64,000 bases of DNA from an uncultured delta proteobacterium. GTDB lineage: Bacteria; Myxococcota_A; Polyangia; Polyangiales; Polyangiaceae. The DNA is taken from contig CAWDXG010000004.1 of NCBI GenBank assembly GCA_963806225.1, forward strand, positions 4,928,001-4,992,000, read 5' to 3'. The first letter of the stretch is position 1; the number at the start of each line of letters is the position of its first letter. This document shows positions 10,478-19,889 of this stretch, in pieces. Under the pieces are notes generated by a model that was not told the origin of the DNA, ran no database searches, and worked only from the letters and a program-made list of their open reading frames with translations. A program made the translations under genes and the position numbers.

Positions 10478-11506
10478 ATGTGGGATCGATTCCTGCGCGC
10501 CTGCCGGCGCGAACCGGTGGATGCGACACCTGTCTGGTTCATGCGCCAGGCGGGTCGCTACATGGCCGAGTACCGCAAGATCCGCGAGCACCACACGCTG
10601 CTCGAGATCTGCAGGCAGCCCGAGCTCGCAGCCGAGGTCACGCTCCAGCCGGTCAAGGCACTGGGCGTGGACGCCGCGATCCTGTTCGCGGACATCCTGC
10701 TGCCGCTCGAGCCCATGGGCGCGCCGTTCGAGTTCGCGAAGGGTGAAGGCCCGGTTATCCACCACCCCGTGCGCCAGGCGTCGGACGTCGACAAGCTGCG
10801 CGTCGTCGACGCGGAGGAGGGCCTGCCGCACGTGCTCGAGGCAATCAAGCTGGTCCGCGCCGAGCTCGACGGCAAGACGCCGCTCATCGGCTTCGCCGGC
10901 GCGCCGTTCACGCTCGCCAGCTACCTGGTCGAGGGCGGCAAGAGCGCGCACTACGCGCGCACCAAGCAGCTCATGTACCGCGAGCCCGCCGTATGGCGCG
11001 CGCTGATGGAGAAGCTGTCCGAGGTCGTGCGCCGCTATCTGCGCGCGCAGGTCGCATCCGGCGCGCAGGCGGTGCAGCTGTTCGATTCGTGGATCGGCGC
11101 GCTGTCTGTCGTCGACTACGCCGAGTTCGTGCAGCCGCACGTCGCGCACATCCTGAAGGACCTCGAGAAAGCGGGCGTGCCGGTGATCCACTTCGGGACC
11201 GGGACGGCCTCGCTGCTCGAGCTGCAGCGCGACGCGGGCGGCACGGTGATCGGCGTCGACTGGCGCACGCCGCTCGATAGCGCCTGGGCCCGGCTCGGCG
11301 ACGGCGTGGCGGTGCAGGGCAATCTCGATCCGCTGCTGCTCGGCGCTCCGCGCGAGCTGCTCGAAAAGCGCGTAGACGACGTGCTCGGGCGCGCGAACGG
11401 CCGCCCCGGCCACGTCTTCAACCTCGGGCACGGCATCCTGCCGGATACGGACCCGGCCGTCGTGAAGCACGTCGTCGAATACGTCCACGACAAGACCGCG
11501 CGATGA
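10478..11506 (+). CDS. hemE: uroporphyrinogen decarboxylase
   Basis: PVWFMRQAGRY, DAAILFADIL, LIGFAGAPFTLASY, QGNLDP and FNLGHGI. Confidence 0.97.
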   Translation: MWDRFLRACRREPVDATPVWFMRQAGRYMAEYRKIREHHTLLEICRQPELAAEVTLQPVKALGVDAAILFADILLPLEPMGAPFEFAKGEGPVIHHPVRQASDVDKLRVVDAEEGLPHVLEAIKLVRAELDGKTPLIGFAGAPFTLASYLVEGGKSAHYARTKQLMYREPAVWRALMEKLSEVVRRYLRAQVASGAQAVQLFDSWIGALSVVDYAEFVQPHVAHILKDLEKAGVPVIHFGTGTASLLELQRDAGGTVIGVDWRTPLDSAWARLGDGVAVQGNLDPLLLGAPRELLEKRVDDVLGRANGRPGHVFNLGHGILPDTDPAVVKHVVEYVHDKTAR

Positions 11507-12981
11507 GCGAAAACGGCAAGAGCGAGCGCCGTCACGTGGTCGTGATCGGCGGCGGCGTCACAGGGCTCAGCGCGGCGTACCGCGTCCACACATCGCGCCC
11601 GGACGTGGAAGTCACCCTGGTCGAGAGCCGCGAACGGCTCGGCGGCAACATCATCACCGAGCGGAGCGACGGCTTCCTGATCGATGGCGGCCCGGATTCG
11701 TTCCTGCGCACCAAGCCGGAGGCCGTCGCGCTGTGCAAGGAGATCGGGCTCGGGGACGACCTGATGACGCCGCGAGACGACGCGCGGAAGGTCTACATCG
11801 TCAACCGCGGCCGCCTCGAGCTGATGCCGGGCGGCATGGCCCTCGCCGTGCCGACGCGCGTGGGGCCGATGCTCGGCACGCCGATCCTGTCGTTCGGCGG
11901 CAAGCTGCGCATGCTCGGCGACCTCTTGATACGCGGGGACGGCGGAGACAGCGACGAGTCGATCGAGGACTTCATCGCGCGGCGCTTCGGGCGCGAGGCG
12001 GCACAGCGCATCGCCGCGCCACTGCTCGGAGGCATCTACGCTGGCGACATCGCACAGCTCAGCATGCGCGCGACCTTCCCGCAGCTGGTCGACCTCGAGC
12101 ACAAGCACGGCAGCTTGATCCGCGGTCTATTCGCCGCGCAGATGGCGCGGCGCGGCCAGACGTCGAACGGTTCCGGGCGGCTGCGCGAGACGGCGCGCCT
12201 GGTCGCCTGGCTCAAGCGCGACGCCGAGGTGGCGCCGAGCCCGTTCTATTCGCTCAAGGGCGGTATGGGCTCGCTGATCGACGCCTTGGCCAAAGCGCTG
12301 CCGCCCGATGCCATCCGCCGTGGCCGCGCCGCGCGGCAGCTCGAGCGCCTCGCCGATGGCCGCTGGCGCGTGACGCTGGACGACGGACAGTCACTGGTTG
12401 CCGACGCCGTGCTGCTCGCTGCGCCGGCGCACGTCATGGCCAAGCTCGTTCCCGACACCGAGCTCGCTTCCGAGCTCGAGAGCATTCCCTACGTCTCGAC
12501 CGCGACGGTGTTCCTCGCGTTCGACCAGAGCTCGGTAGGGCGCGAGCTCGACGGCGTGGGTTTCATCGTGCCGCCCGGCGAAGCGCGCATCCTGGCCGGC
12601 ACCTGGGTGAGCAGCAAGTGGAGCCATCGCGCCCCCGAGGGAAGCGTGCTCCTGCGCGCCTTCGTGGGCGGCGCAGAGAGCCGGGGCTCGGTGCGGGTCA
12701 AGGAGCATAGCGACGACGAGCTCGCCCGGCTTGCCCACGAGGAGCTCGAGCGGCTGATGGGTCCGCTCGGCGAGCCGCTCTTCTCGCGCGTGTTCCGCTA
12801 CGTCGATTCGAATCCGCAACCCGTCGTCGGTCACACCGCGCGCCTCGAGCGCATCGAGCGGCGACTGGGCGCGCTGGCCGGGCTGTATGTCGCCGGCGCA
12901 CCGTATGAAGGCGTCGGCATTCCGGACTGCGTGAAGCAGGCGGAAGCCGCTGCCGCGCGCGTGCTCGCCGAACGCTGCTAG
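11503..12981 (+). CDS. hemY: protoporphyrinogen/coproporphyrinogen oxidase (HemY-type)
   Basis: GGGVTGLSAA FAD motif, DGGPDSF, GIYAGD..LS, SSKW and GVGIPDC; ATGA overlap with hemE. Confidence 0.93.
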   Translation: MSENGKSERRHVVVIGGGVTGLSAAYRVHTSRPDVEVTLVESRERLGGNIITERSDGFLIDGGPDSFLRTKPEAVALCKEIGLGDDLMTPRDDARKVYIVNRGRLELMPGGMALAVPTRVGPMLGTPILSFGGKLRMLGDLLIRGDGGDSDESIEDFIARRFGREAAQRIAAPLLGGIYAGDIAQLSMRATFPQLVDLEHKHGSLIRGLFAAQMARRGQTSNGSGRLRETARLVAWLKRDAEVAPSPFYSLKGGMGSLIDALAKALPPDAIRRGRAARQLERLADGRWRVTLDDGQSLVADAVLLAAPAHVMAKLVPDTELASELESIPYVSTATVFLAFDQSSVGRELDGVGFIVPPGEARILAGTWVSSKWSHRAPEGSVLLRAFVGGAESRGSVRVKEHSDDELARLAHEELERLMGPLGEPLFSRVFRYVDSNPQPVVGHTARLERIERRLGALAGLYVAGAPYEGVGIPDCVKQAEAAAARVLAERC

Positions 12982-13063
12982 CGGCGGCGCGGTCTCGCCG
13001 GACCCTTCCGCGACGGGGCCGGGTGCACTACGCTGTGCGCCCCTGGGGCCCGCGGGCCCTTTT

Positions 13064-13134
13064 TCCGGCGTCGTCTAAAGGCAGGACAAGGGACTTTGAA
13101 TCCCTGAATCATGGTTCGAATCCATGCGCCGGAA
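13064..13134 (+). tRNA. tRNA-Gln (anticodon UUG)
   Basis: Acceptor stem TCCGGCG/CGCCGGA, anticodon arm AGGGA-CTTTGAA-TCCCT, T-arm CATGG-TTCGAAT-CCATG; followed by CCG, so CCA is not fully encoded. Confidence 0.93.
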
Positions 13135-13154
13135 CCGCTCGCTCGGCAGTGCGC

Positions 13155-14252
13155 TCAGGGCGTGGTGCCCGCGTAGGCGCCACAGCTCGGGCAGGTCGCG
13201 CCCGGCTGCATCACGTACAGCGCCCGGCAGTATGGGCACTTCGTCGGATGGGGGCCGTCGCCGAGCAGACCGAGCTCTGGCCTTTCCTGCCTGAGGCGCA
13301 GCGTCGCTGCGATCAGCGCGTCGCGAAGGGCCCGGCCGTACGCCTCCACGCCCGGCCACACGATCATGCGCGAGCCGCGGCGACCCACGAAGCGCAGCGA
13401 TGCCGTATGCCGGGTCACGCGGCGGTCGTAGCCGAGGGTGGGCGAGAAGGTGATCCCCACCAGATCACGACCGTCGATGAGCTCGCGGTCCCACTGCTCG
13501 CTGCCGCGCCGGCGAAAGCACTCGAGCGACTCCGCTCTCGCCGTGATCACCCGCTGCTCGGGCGGCCCGTCGAAGATGTTCTTGAGGGTGTGCCTGAGCC
13601 CGCGGCGACCGTTCTCCGAAAAGAGCAGGATAAGCGCGAACGGCAGCATCACCACGGCGAGCAGACCGAACAGCACGCGCTGCACCAGCGACAACGGAGC
13701 GGCCGTCTCGACGACGGTGAGCTCGCCCGGCGCCCGCGCCACCTCGAGCCCGGAACGCTGCAGGAAGGCCGCGGCTTCCGCCTCGTTCACGGCTTCCGGT
13801 CGCGTCATCAGCGGTCTGCCGCCGTACCAGACCTCGGCGGTCTCGCTGGCGCTGCCCGAGAGCGTCTCGACCACCACCAGGTTCTGGCGTGCGGCCGCAT
13901 CGAGCACGCTCGCCGTCGCCGCGTGTCCCTCGGCTTCGGAGCGCGGCCGGAACTTCGCCTCGCCGAGCGGACGGCCCCAGGCGTCGAGCAATCGCACGCA
14001 GAGCTCGTGATAGCTGTTGTAGAGCCTGCCCCGGATGCTCGGCAGCTCGATATCGCCTCCGCCGGTGCTGTCGCTGCCGCTGGCCGTGCCGACCAGGATC
14101 ACCACAGGCAGCAGGCAGACGAAACACCCGAACCCGAGCGACACTTCGAGCAAGCCCAGGGGTCTGAATTCCTCGACCTTGCGATGCTCGATCACCACGC
14201 GGGCGACCTCCGGCATCGGCTGGCCCAACAGCTCCGCGAGGCCCGCGCTCAT
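13155..14252 (-). CDS. hypothetical membrane protein with C-terminal zinc ribbon
   Basis: Two hydrophobic segments; C-terminal CPYC..CPSC. Confidence 0.6.
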   Translation of the reverse strand: MSAGLAELLGQPMPEVARVVIEHRKVEEFRPLGLLEVSLGFGCFVCLLPVVILVGTASGSDSTGGGDIELPSIRGRLYNSYHELCVRLLDAWGRPLGEAKFRPRSEAEGHAATASVLDAAARQNLVVVETLSGSASETAEVWYGGRPLMTRPEAVNEAEAAAFLQRSGLEVARAPGELTVVETAAPLSLVQRVLFGLLAVVMLPFALILLFSENGRRGLRHTLKNIFDGPPEQRVITARAESLECFRRRGSEQWDRELIDGRDLVGITFSPTLGYDRRVTRHTASLRFVGRRGSRMIVWPGVEAYGRALRDALIAATLRLRQERPELGLLGDGPHPTKCPYCRALYVMQPGATCPSCGAYAGTTP

Positions 14253-14409
14253 CCCGCATCGAGCATCGCGCAGATCGGCTGTGGATCCAACCCGGTGCGG
14301 GGCGGCGGGGCTCGTGGCAGCACCGATCCTCTTGAGACACCGCTCGCCCGCCGAGGTTCCCGCCGAGCGCGATCGGGAACCCTCCGGGACTGCCGGTGTC
14401 GCTGGTTGA

Positions 14410-15132
14410 GTGGCCGAGCAGCGTGCACAGCGGCGCGGGAGCAGCATTTCAGCCGATGCCGGGCGCACGGGTAGCGACGCCACGCCGCTTCCGGTCTACC
14501 GTGTCGGCCGGACCTGGTGGGACGTGCCTGACGTGGACGAAAGCAGCGAGCGGCGCTTCATCGAGCGGCTGCGCGCGCATGACGAACGCGCGTTCAACGA
14601 GCTCGTCGAGATCTACGAGCAGCGCGTGTTCCGCCTCGTGTTCCGCATGCTCGGCCGGCGCGACGAGGCCGAGGACATGGCGCAGGAGGTCTTCGTCCAG
14701 GTGTTCAAGGCGATCGGCCAGTTCCGCGGCGACGCCAAGCTGGGGACGTGGATCTACCGGATTGCGGTGAACCTCTGCAAAAACCGCGTGAAGTACCTGG
14801 CGCGGCGCCACACCGAGGCGCAGGACGAGCTGGAGCCGGTGGCGGAACGCGCGCCGCTCAGCCAAGCCAAGGGAGTGACCTTCGGCGACGTCGCACGACC
14901 TGATCACATGGCGGAAGCTTTCCAGGTCGAGCAGGTCGTGCACGCATGCATTGCCGAGCTGGAGCCCGACTTCCGCGAGGTGCTCATCCTGAGGGACGTG
15001 GAGGACCTGAGCTACGACGAGATCGCCGAGATCACGGGGCTGGCCGACGGCACCGTGAAGAGCCGCATCCACCGAGCGCGCAGCATGCTCAAACAGAAGG
15101 TCGAAAGCGCACTGGGGGAGAAGATCCGATGA
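14410..15132 (+). CDS. ECF RNA polymerase sigma factor (RpoE/SigW-like)
   Basis: Region 2 AEDMAQEVF..TWIYRIAVN; region 4 LRDVEDLSYDEIAEI..GTVKSRIHRAR; true start may be the GTG near 14524. Confidence 0.92.
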   Translation: MAEQRAQRRGSSISADAGRTGSDATPLPVYRVGRTWWDVPDVDESSERRFIERLRAHDERAFNELVEIYEQRVFRLVFRMLGRRDEAEDMAQEVFVQVFKAIGQFRGDAKLGTWIYRIAVNLCKNRVKYLARRHTEAQDELEPVAERAPLSQAKGVTFGDVARPDHMAEAFQVEQVVHACIAELEPDFREVLILRDVEDLSYDEIAEITGLADGTVKSRIHRARSMLKQKVESALGEKIR

Positions 15133-15518
15133 GCGAGCCCGACAAGCCCGACGAAGAACCGACCGAGCCGACCCCGGACCCGGAGACGGATCGGGCCGAC
15201 TTCGACGAGGAAGCGGACTCGGAAATCCGCGACATGCTGCGCGGCGCGATGCAGCAGCGCGAGGACGAGGAGCAGCCGCCCCCCGACGTGCTGCGCGGCG
15301 TACAGCGCCGCTTGCGTGAGCGCAGCGGCGGGAAGTTCTACGCCGAAGGCTGGAGCACCGCGCGCCACCCGCCCATCTCCATGTTCCTGCTGACGAGCCT
15401 GTTGATGCTGGCCATCGTCTTCATCGTCTACGCCGTCCTCAGCCCCACCCAGGGCGAGCCCGTACGCGTCAAGATGGCGCCCGCCCCCGTGCACATCCTG
15501 CCGTCGCGCCGGCACTGA
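15129..15518 (+). CDS. putative anti-sigma factor (single TM)
   Basis: ATGA overlap with the ECF sigma stop; acidic N-terminus and one TM helix near the C-terminus. Confidence 0.6.
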   Translation: MSEPDKPDEEPTEPTPDPETDRADFDEEADSEIRDMLRGAMQQREDEEQPPPDVLRGVQRRLRERSGGKFYAEGWSTARHPPISMFLLTSLLMLAIVFIVYAVLSPTQGEPVRVKMAPAPVHILPSRRH

Positions 15519-15540
15519 GCGCAGGCACGTCGCCACGCGC

Positions 15541-16511
15541 GGCGTTGCGGTCGCGGCGGGCGACAGATGGGGCGACATAACCGGTTATGTCCGGAGAAAT
15601 GTCGGCGCGCGCGGCGTCGGGGTCGCGGTGGGCGACGCTGGGCGGGGGATAACCGGTTATGTCCTGCGAAATGTCGGCGCGCTGTGCGTTGCGGTCGCGG
15701 CGGGCGACAGATGGGGCGACATAACCGGTTATGTCCGGCGAAATGTCGGCGCGCTGTGCGTCGCGGTCGCGGCGGGCGTCCGGCGAAATGTCGGCGCGCT
15801 GTGCGTCGCGGTCGCGGCGGGCGACAGATGGGGCGACATAACCGGTTATGTCCGGCGAAATGTCGGCGCGCTGTGCGTCGCGGTCGCGGCGGGCGTCCTG
15901 CGAAATGTCGGCGCGCTGCGCGTCGCGGTCGCGGAGGGCGACAGATGGGGCGACATAACCGGTTATGTCCGGCGAAATGTCGGCGCGCTGTGCGTCGCGG
16001 TCGCGGCGGGCGTCCGGCGAAATGTCGGCGCGCTGTGCGTCGCGGTCGCGGCGGGCGACAGATGGGGCGACATAACCGGTTATGTCCGGCGAAATGTCGG
16101 CGCGCTGCGCGTCGCGGTCGCGGAGGGCGACAGATGGGGCGACATAACCGGTTATGTCCTGCGAAATGTCGGCGCGCTGTGCGTCGCGGTCGCGGCGGGC
16201 GACGATGGGCGGGAGATAACCGGTTATGTCCGGCGAAATGTCGGCGCGCTGTGCGTCGCGGTCGCGGCGGGCGACAGATGCGGGCGACAGAACCGGTTAT
16301 GTCCGGCGAAATGTCGGCGCGCTGTGCGTCGCGGTCGCGGCGGGCGACAGATGGGGCGACATAACCGGTTATGTCCGGCGAAATGTCGGCGCGCTGTGCG
16401 TCGCGGTCGCGGAGGGCGACAGATGGGGCGACATAACCGGTTATGTCCGGCGAAATGTCGGCGCGCTGTGCGTCGCGGTCGCGGAGGGCGTCCGGCGAAA
16501 TGTCGGCGCGC
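15541..16511. repeat. tandem array A: 11 units of about 72 bp plus four 45-bp deleted units, with palindromic core
   Basis: Unit GGGCGACAGATGGGGCGACATAACCGGTTATGTCCGGCGAAATGTCGGCGCGCTGTGCGTCGCGGTCGCGGC; intergenic between convergent genes. Confidence 0.95.
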
Positions 16512-16575
16512 ACCGCCCGCGCCAGTGCGTCTGCCGCGCACGCGCGCGTCCGCACGTGAACCCGAGCGCGCGGCG

Positions 16576-17349
16576 CTACTCGATCCAGCGTGCGAGCACG
16601 CAGGTGACGTTGTCGGGGCCGCCGTTTTCGTTGGCGGCTTCGATGAGGCGGTTGGAGGCGGTGGGCAGATCGGGCGAGTCGAGCACGATCTTGAGGATGT
16701 CGGGGTCGGTCACGGGGCCGCTCAGGCCGTCGCTGCAGAGCACCACCGTGTCGCCGGCGCGCGGCGCCTCGAAGCGCGTGTCGACCTTGACCGTGTCCTT
16801 CATGCCGAGGGCCCGCACGATCACGTTCTTGTGCGGGAAGTTGGCGATCTCTTCCTCGGTGAGGCGCTTCATCTTCTTGTAGTCGTTGAGCAGCGAGTGA
16901 TCTTCGGTCAGCTGCTCGATGGCGCCTTCGCGGATGCGGTAGACGCGGCTGTCGCCCACGTGAGCGACGTAGATGCCGTCCTCCACCGCGAACAGCGCGA
17001 CGAGCGTGGTGCCCATGCCGCGCTGCTTGGCATTGCGCTGGGCCTGCTCGTAGATGCGGAGGTTGCAGAGCTTGATGCCGGTGACGAGGCGGTTTTCCTC
17101 GTAGTTCTTGTTCCGGTCCATCTTGTACGGCCAGGTGCGCTCCGGGTCGTCCGCCGTCGCGGCGAAAAACTCCTGCAGCGTGTCGACCGCCATCTTGGAC
17201 GCGATCTCGCCAGACGCATGACCGCCCATGCCGTCCGCCACCACGTAGAGGCCGTACTCCGCGAGAATCGCGAAGTTGTCCTCGTTATGGTTGCGTTTCC
17301 GGCCTACGTCGGTCTGGCCTGCGACCTCGATACGGAGGGGCCCTGTCAC
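16576..17349 (-). CDS. PP2C-family Ser/Thr protein phosphatase (Stp1/PrpC-like)
   Basis: GRKRNHNED, VADGMGG, MGTT, HVGDSR, LTEDHS, LCSDG and GGPDNVT. Confidence 0.95.
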   Translation of the reverse strand: MTGPLRIEVAGQTDVGRKRNHNEDNFAILAEYGLYVVADGMGGHASGEIASKMAVDTLQEFFAATADDPERTWPYKMDRNKNYEENRLVTGIKLCNLRIYEQAQRNAKQRGMGTTLVALFAVEDGIYVAHVGDSRVYRIREGAIEQLTEDHSLLNDYKKMKRLTEEEIANFPHKNVIVRALGMKDTVKVDTRFEAPRAGDTVVLCSDGLSGPVTDPDILKIVLDSPDLPTASNRLIEAANENGGPDNVTCVLARWIE

Positions 17350-17468
17350 GGAAGTGCCGTCGCCAAAATCACCAGAAGATCCGCGAGTATCCTCCTAACA
17401 GGCGGAGCCGCTGTCAACGAAATCATCCAGGTTGGCGGATCGGGCTGATATTGCCCGCGGGATGGCGC

Positions 17469-18635
17469 TCAATAGCCGGTGTCCGGCCGCTGCCGGGGCG
17501 CCCGGCGATGCGCTTTGTGCCTGGGTGCGAGGTGCCTCTTGACGGATGCGTCCGGAGCCGCTCTCAGCGTCACGGTCACCCGGCGGAACTTGCCATGACC
17601 GAAGACAAGCAGCTCCACGCTGTCGCCGACCGCTTTTGCGTTGATGCGGTCGGCCAGCGCCTCGGGCGTGGCGACGGGCTTGCCGTCGACCGCCACCACC
17701 TCGTCGGCCAGGTTCGCATCGCCGTTGCCGTGCAGTCCGGCGGCCGCCGCCGGGCTCTGCGGGTGCACGCCGACCACGCGCACGCCGTGGACGGGACCGG
17801 CGTCGTCCGTCACGCCCTGGATGCCGAGCCACGGCGCGGGCGGCACGGCGTTCTTCGGAACCGTGCGCAGGAAGGCCTTGAGCGCGCTGACCGGCACGCC
17901 GTAGGGCACGCGCGCGCACGGCGCGTGGGGCACCGGTGCGCAGGCGCGCGCGATGAGCGCCACGACGCGCCCCTTGTTGTCGATGATCGGCGAGCCGAGA
18001 TCGGCCTTCTTGAAGTGCGTGGCAAGCTCGAGTGCATCGGGCAGAAGCTCGCTGTCTGCGCCGAGCATCGTGCTTTCGCCCTTCACGATGGTGCGGGCGA
18101 GCGCCAGGCTCTTCTTGCCGACGAGGCTGAAAGACCGGAGCGAAAGCCCGGCCTGGGTGGGCGACTCGTTCGACGCCTTCAGGCCCTTCTTCCAGCGGCC
18201 GTTCTGCGGGATAAGCAGCGCCAGATCCCACGAGCGATCAGCGTGGCCCACCTTGACGCGAGACACGCTGCCGTCCGCGTAGCGCGCATCGACGTTGTTG
18301 CCGTGCGTGAGCGGGGAGAGCGCCGTGAGGATGCGCCCGTCGCCCGCGAGCACGGTGCCGACACCGAGCGGCTTGCCGTGGCGTTCGAGCACCACGACGC
18401 CCTGTCGCGCGTGCGCGAGCGGACTCGGCGCGCTCTGCTGGGCCGAGTCCGGCAGATCGCCGGCCGCCACCTGGTCGGCGGCGTCGGCTGCGGCGTGCGC
18501 GGCCTGGCTGACCTGGTGTGCAGCCTCGGCCCGTTGTTGTGAAGCGGTCTGGGCCGATGCATCCGGAGTGGCAGCCGTGGCTACCACCAGCGCAGAAACC
18601 CCAACCGCGGCGGAGAAGAGTCGCCGTGCGGTCAC
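17469..18635 (-). CDS. trypsin-like (S1/HtrA) domain plus PDZ protein, catalytic triad degenerate
   Basis: Signal peptide; GVGTVL..G-ILTA, DLALL, LGSPIID.KG.VVAL, PWLGI and PDZ SPAAAAGL; start uncertain (alternative ATG at 18692). Confidence 0.75.
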   Translation of the reverse strand: MTARRLFSAAVGVSALVVATAATPDASAQTASQQRAEAAHQVSQAAHAAADAADQVAAGDLPDSAQQSAPSPLAHARQGVVVLERHGKPLGVGTVLAGDGRILTALSPLTHGNNVDARYADGSVSRVKVGHADRSWDLALLIPQNGRWKKGLKASNESPTQAGLSLRSFSLVGKKSLALARTIVKGESTMLGADSELLPDALELATHFKKADLGSPIIDNKGRVVALIARACAPVPHAPCARVPYGVPVSALKAFLRTVPKNAVPPAPWLGIQGVTDDAGPVHGVRVVGVHPQSPAAAAGLHGNGDANLADEVVAVDGKPVATPEALADRINAKAVGDSVELLVFGHGKFRRVTVTLRAAPDASVKRHLAPRHKAHRRAPRQRPDTGY

Positions 18636-19268
18636 ACCCGCAGTGTAGCTCCAAATGCACGCCTGGACAGGTCGTCCCCGGTCAATTCGCATGGTCGCCT
18701 CCGTACCCGTTCGAGCTCTGCAAATCCCCTGCCGGACTGCCCGTGCGCTTTGTCGCCGATCGGACCGCCGCGCAAGTCGGCGTCGCGTCGCCGCTTTCCG
18801 CCGTGCGGGGGCAGGATGCCCCGCGCGCGTCATCATTTTCCGTGCCTGTTGGATGGGGGCACCCAACCAGGTGCCCCAGCAGGCCCACCCCGCCCGTCAC
18901 CGCAGCCCACAGCCGTCGATCGGCGGCGATGGCCGTTGGGCGATCCGGCGCCCTGCTGCCGTCGATATGCGGGCAGGCGCCGCCGCGCTGCCGCCGGCGT
19001 ATTGCGACAGCTGGCAGGGTGGCGGGACCCTCGGCCGCGCGCAGGCCGGCTCGTCGAGGAAGCGGCGCCCGGCGACGGCCGGCCGAGCACGGGCGTGAGG
19101 GACCGCCGCCGCCGCAGGCGGCGGCTCGCGCCGCGACGCACCGCGGTGGGGAGCAGCCTGTGCGCCTTCCGGCCGGGAGCACCGCATTCCGTGCGGCCTC
19201 GCGCTACGAGCGCGGGCCTGTTTCTCGCTGGCCGCGTGGTGGTCTGCTCCTTGCTCGGCCAAGATCGC

Positions 19269-19872
19269 ATGGGCTGGCTCGTTGTTGCGACGCTTGCTGC
19301 CGTGGTGCTGCTTCTGCCAGGCGTTGCCCATGCGGCGAGCGACGAGCCGCCCTGGTACCTCGTGACGCGCGCGCTGATGACCGGTTCTTCCGACCGCTCG
19401 GATCCGCCGGGCTACGAGGTGTACAGCGCCATCACACTCGAGCTGGGCGCCGGGCGGCAGCTCGGGCGGTGGCTCGGCGTCGAGCTCGATGCGAGGACCG
19501 AGTCCCACGAGATCGACCTGACCGGGGCGGAGGGCTACCGGAGTCTCGGCTCGGTCGAGATGCTTCCGGTCAACCTGCTGGTGCACGTACGCCCTCCGTG
19601 GTGGCGCGGGGTGCATCCCTACGTTGGCGCGGGGGTGAATCTGACGGTGACGTGGGAGAAGAGCGGCGAGCTCGACTCGACCGACCTGACGCCAAGCGTG
19701 GGGCCCGCGCTTGCGCTCGGCCTCGAGGTCGATATCTCCCGGAGCGTCTTCCTGAACGCCGACATCCGCTGGAACACGCTCAGGACCGACATCGAGGCGA
19801 ACGGGGCGCGCCTTGTGCGCCTGCGGCTCGAATCCGCTCTCGTTCGGGCTGGGCGTCGGCGCGCGCTTCTAG
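19269..19872 (+). CDS. ompW: OmpW family outer-membrane protein (frameshift near 19830)
   Basis: Signal peptide, LGSVEMLPVNL, PYVGAGVN, GPALALG, FLNADIRW; shifted tail NPLSFGLGVGARF-stop. Confidence 0.8.
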
Positions 19873-19889
19873 GGCCGCGTTCGACCTGG

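Noticed and set aside
13064..13134. tRNA-Gln as the attachment site of an integrated element
   Set aside because: No integrase, no duplicated tRNA 3' end and no phage or ICE genes were seen
15428..17448. Long repetitive ORFs across array A (e.g. RDRDAQRADISPDITGYVAPSV or HNRLCPAKCRR repeats) as real proteins or multi-core RiPP precursors
   Set aside because: Several frames on both strands are open simply because units are multiples of 3 and GC-rich; there is no credible start, leader or adjacent modifying enzyme. Not fully excluded without proteomics
18856..18877. Hairpin GGGGCACC-caacca-GGTGCCCC in the 600-bp divergent spacer as an ncRNA or riboswitch
   Set aside because: A single 8-bp GC stem is expected by chance at this GC content, and no recognisable riboswitch motif is present
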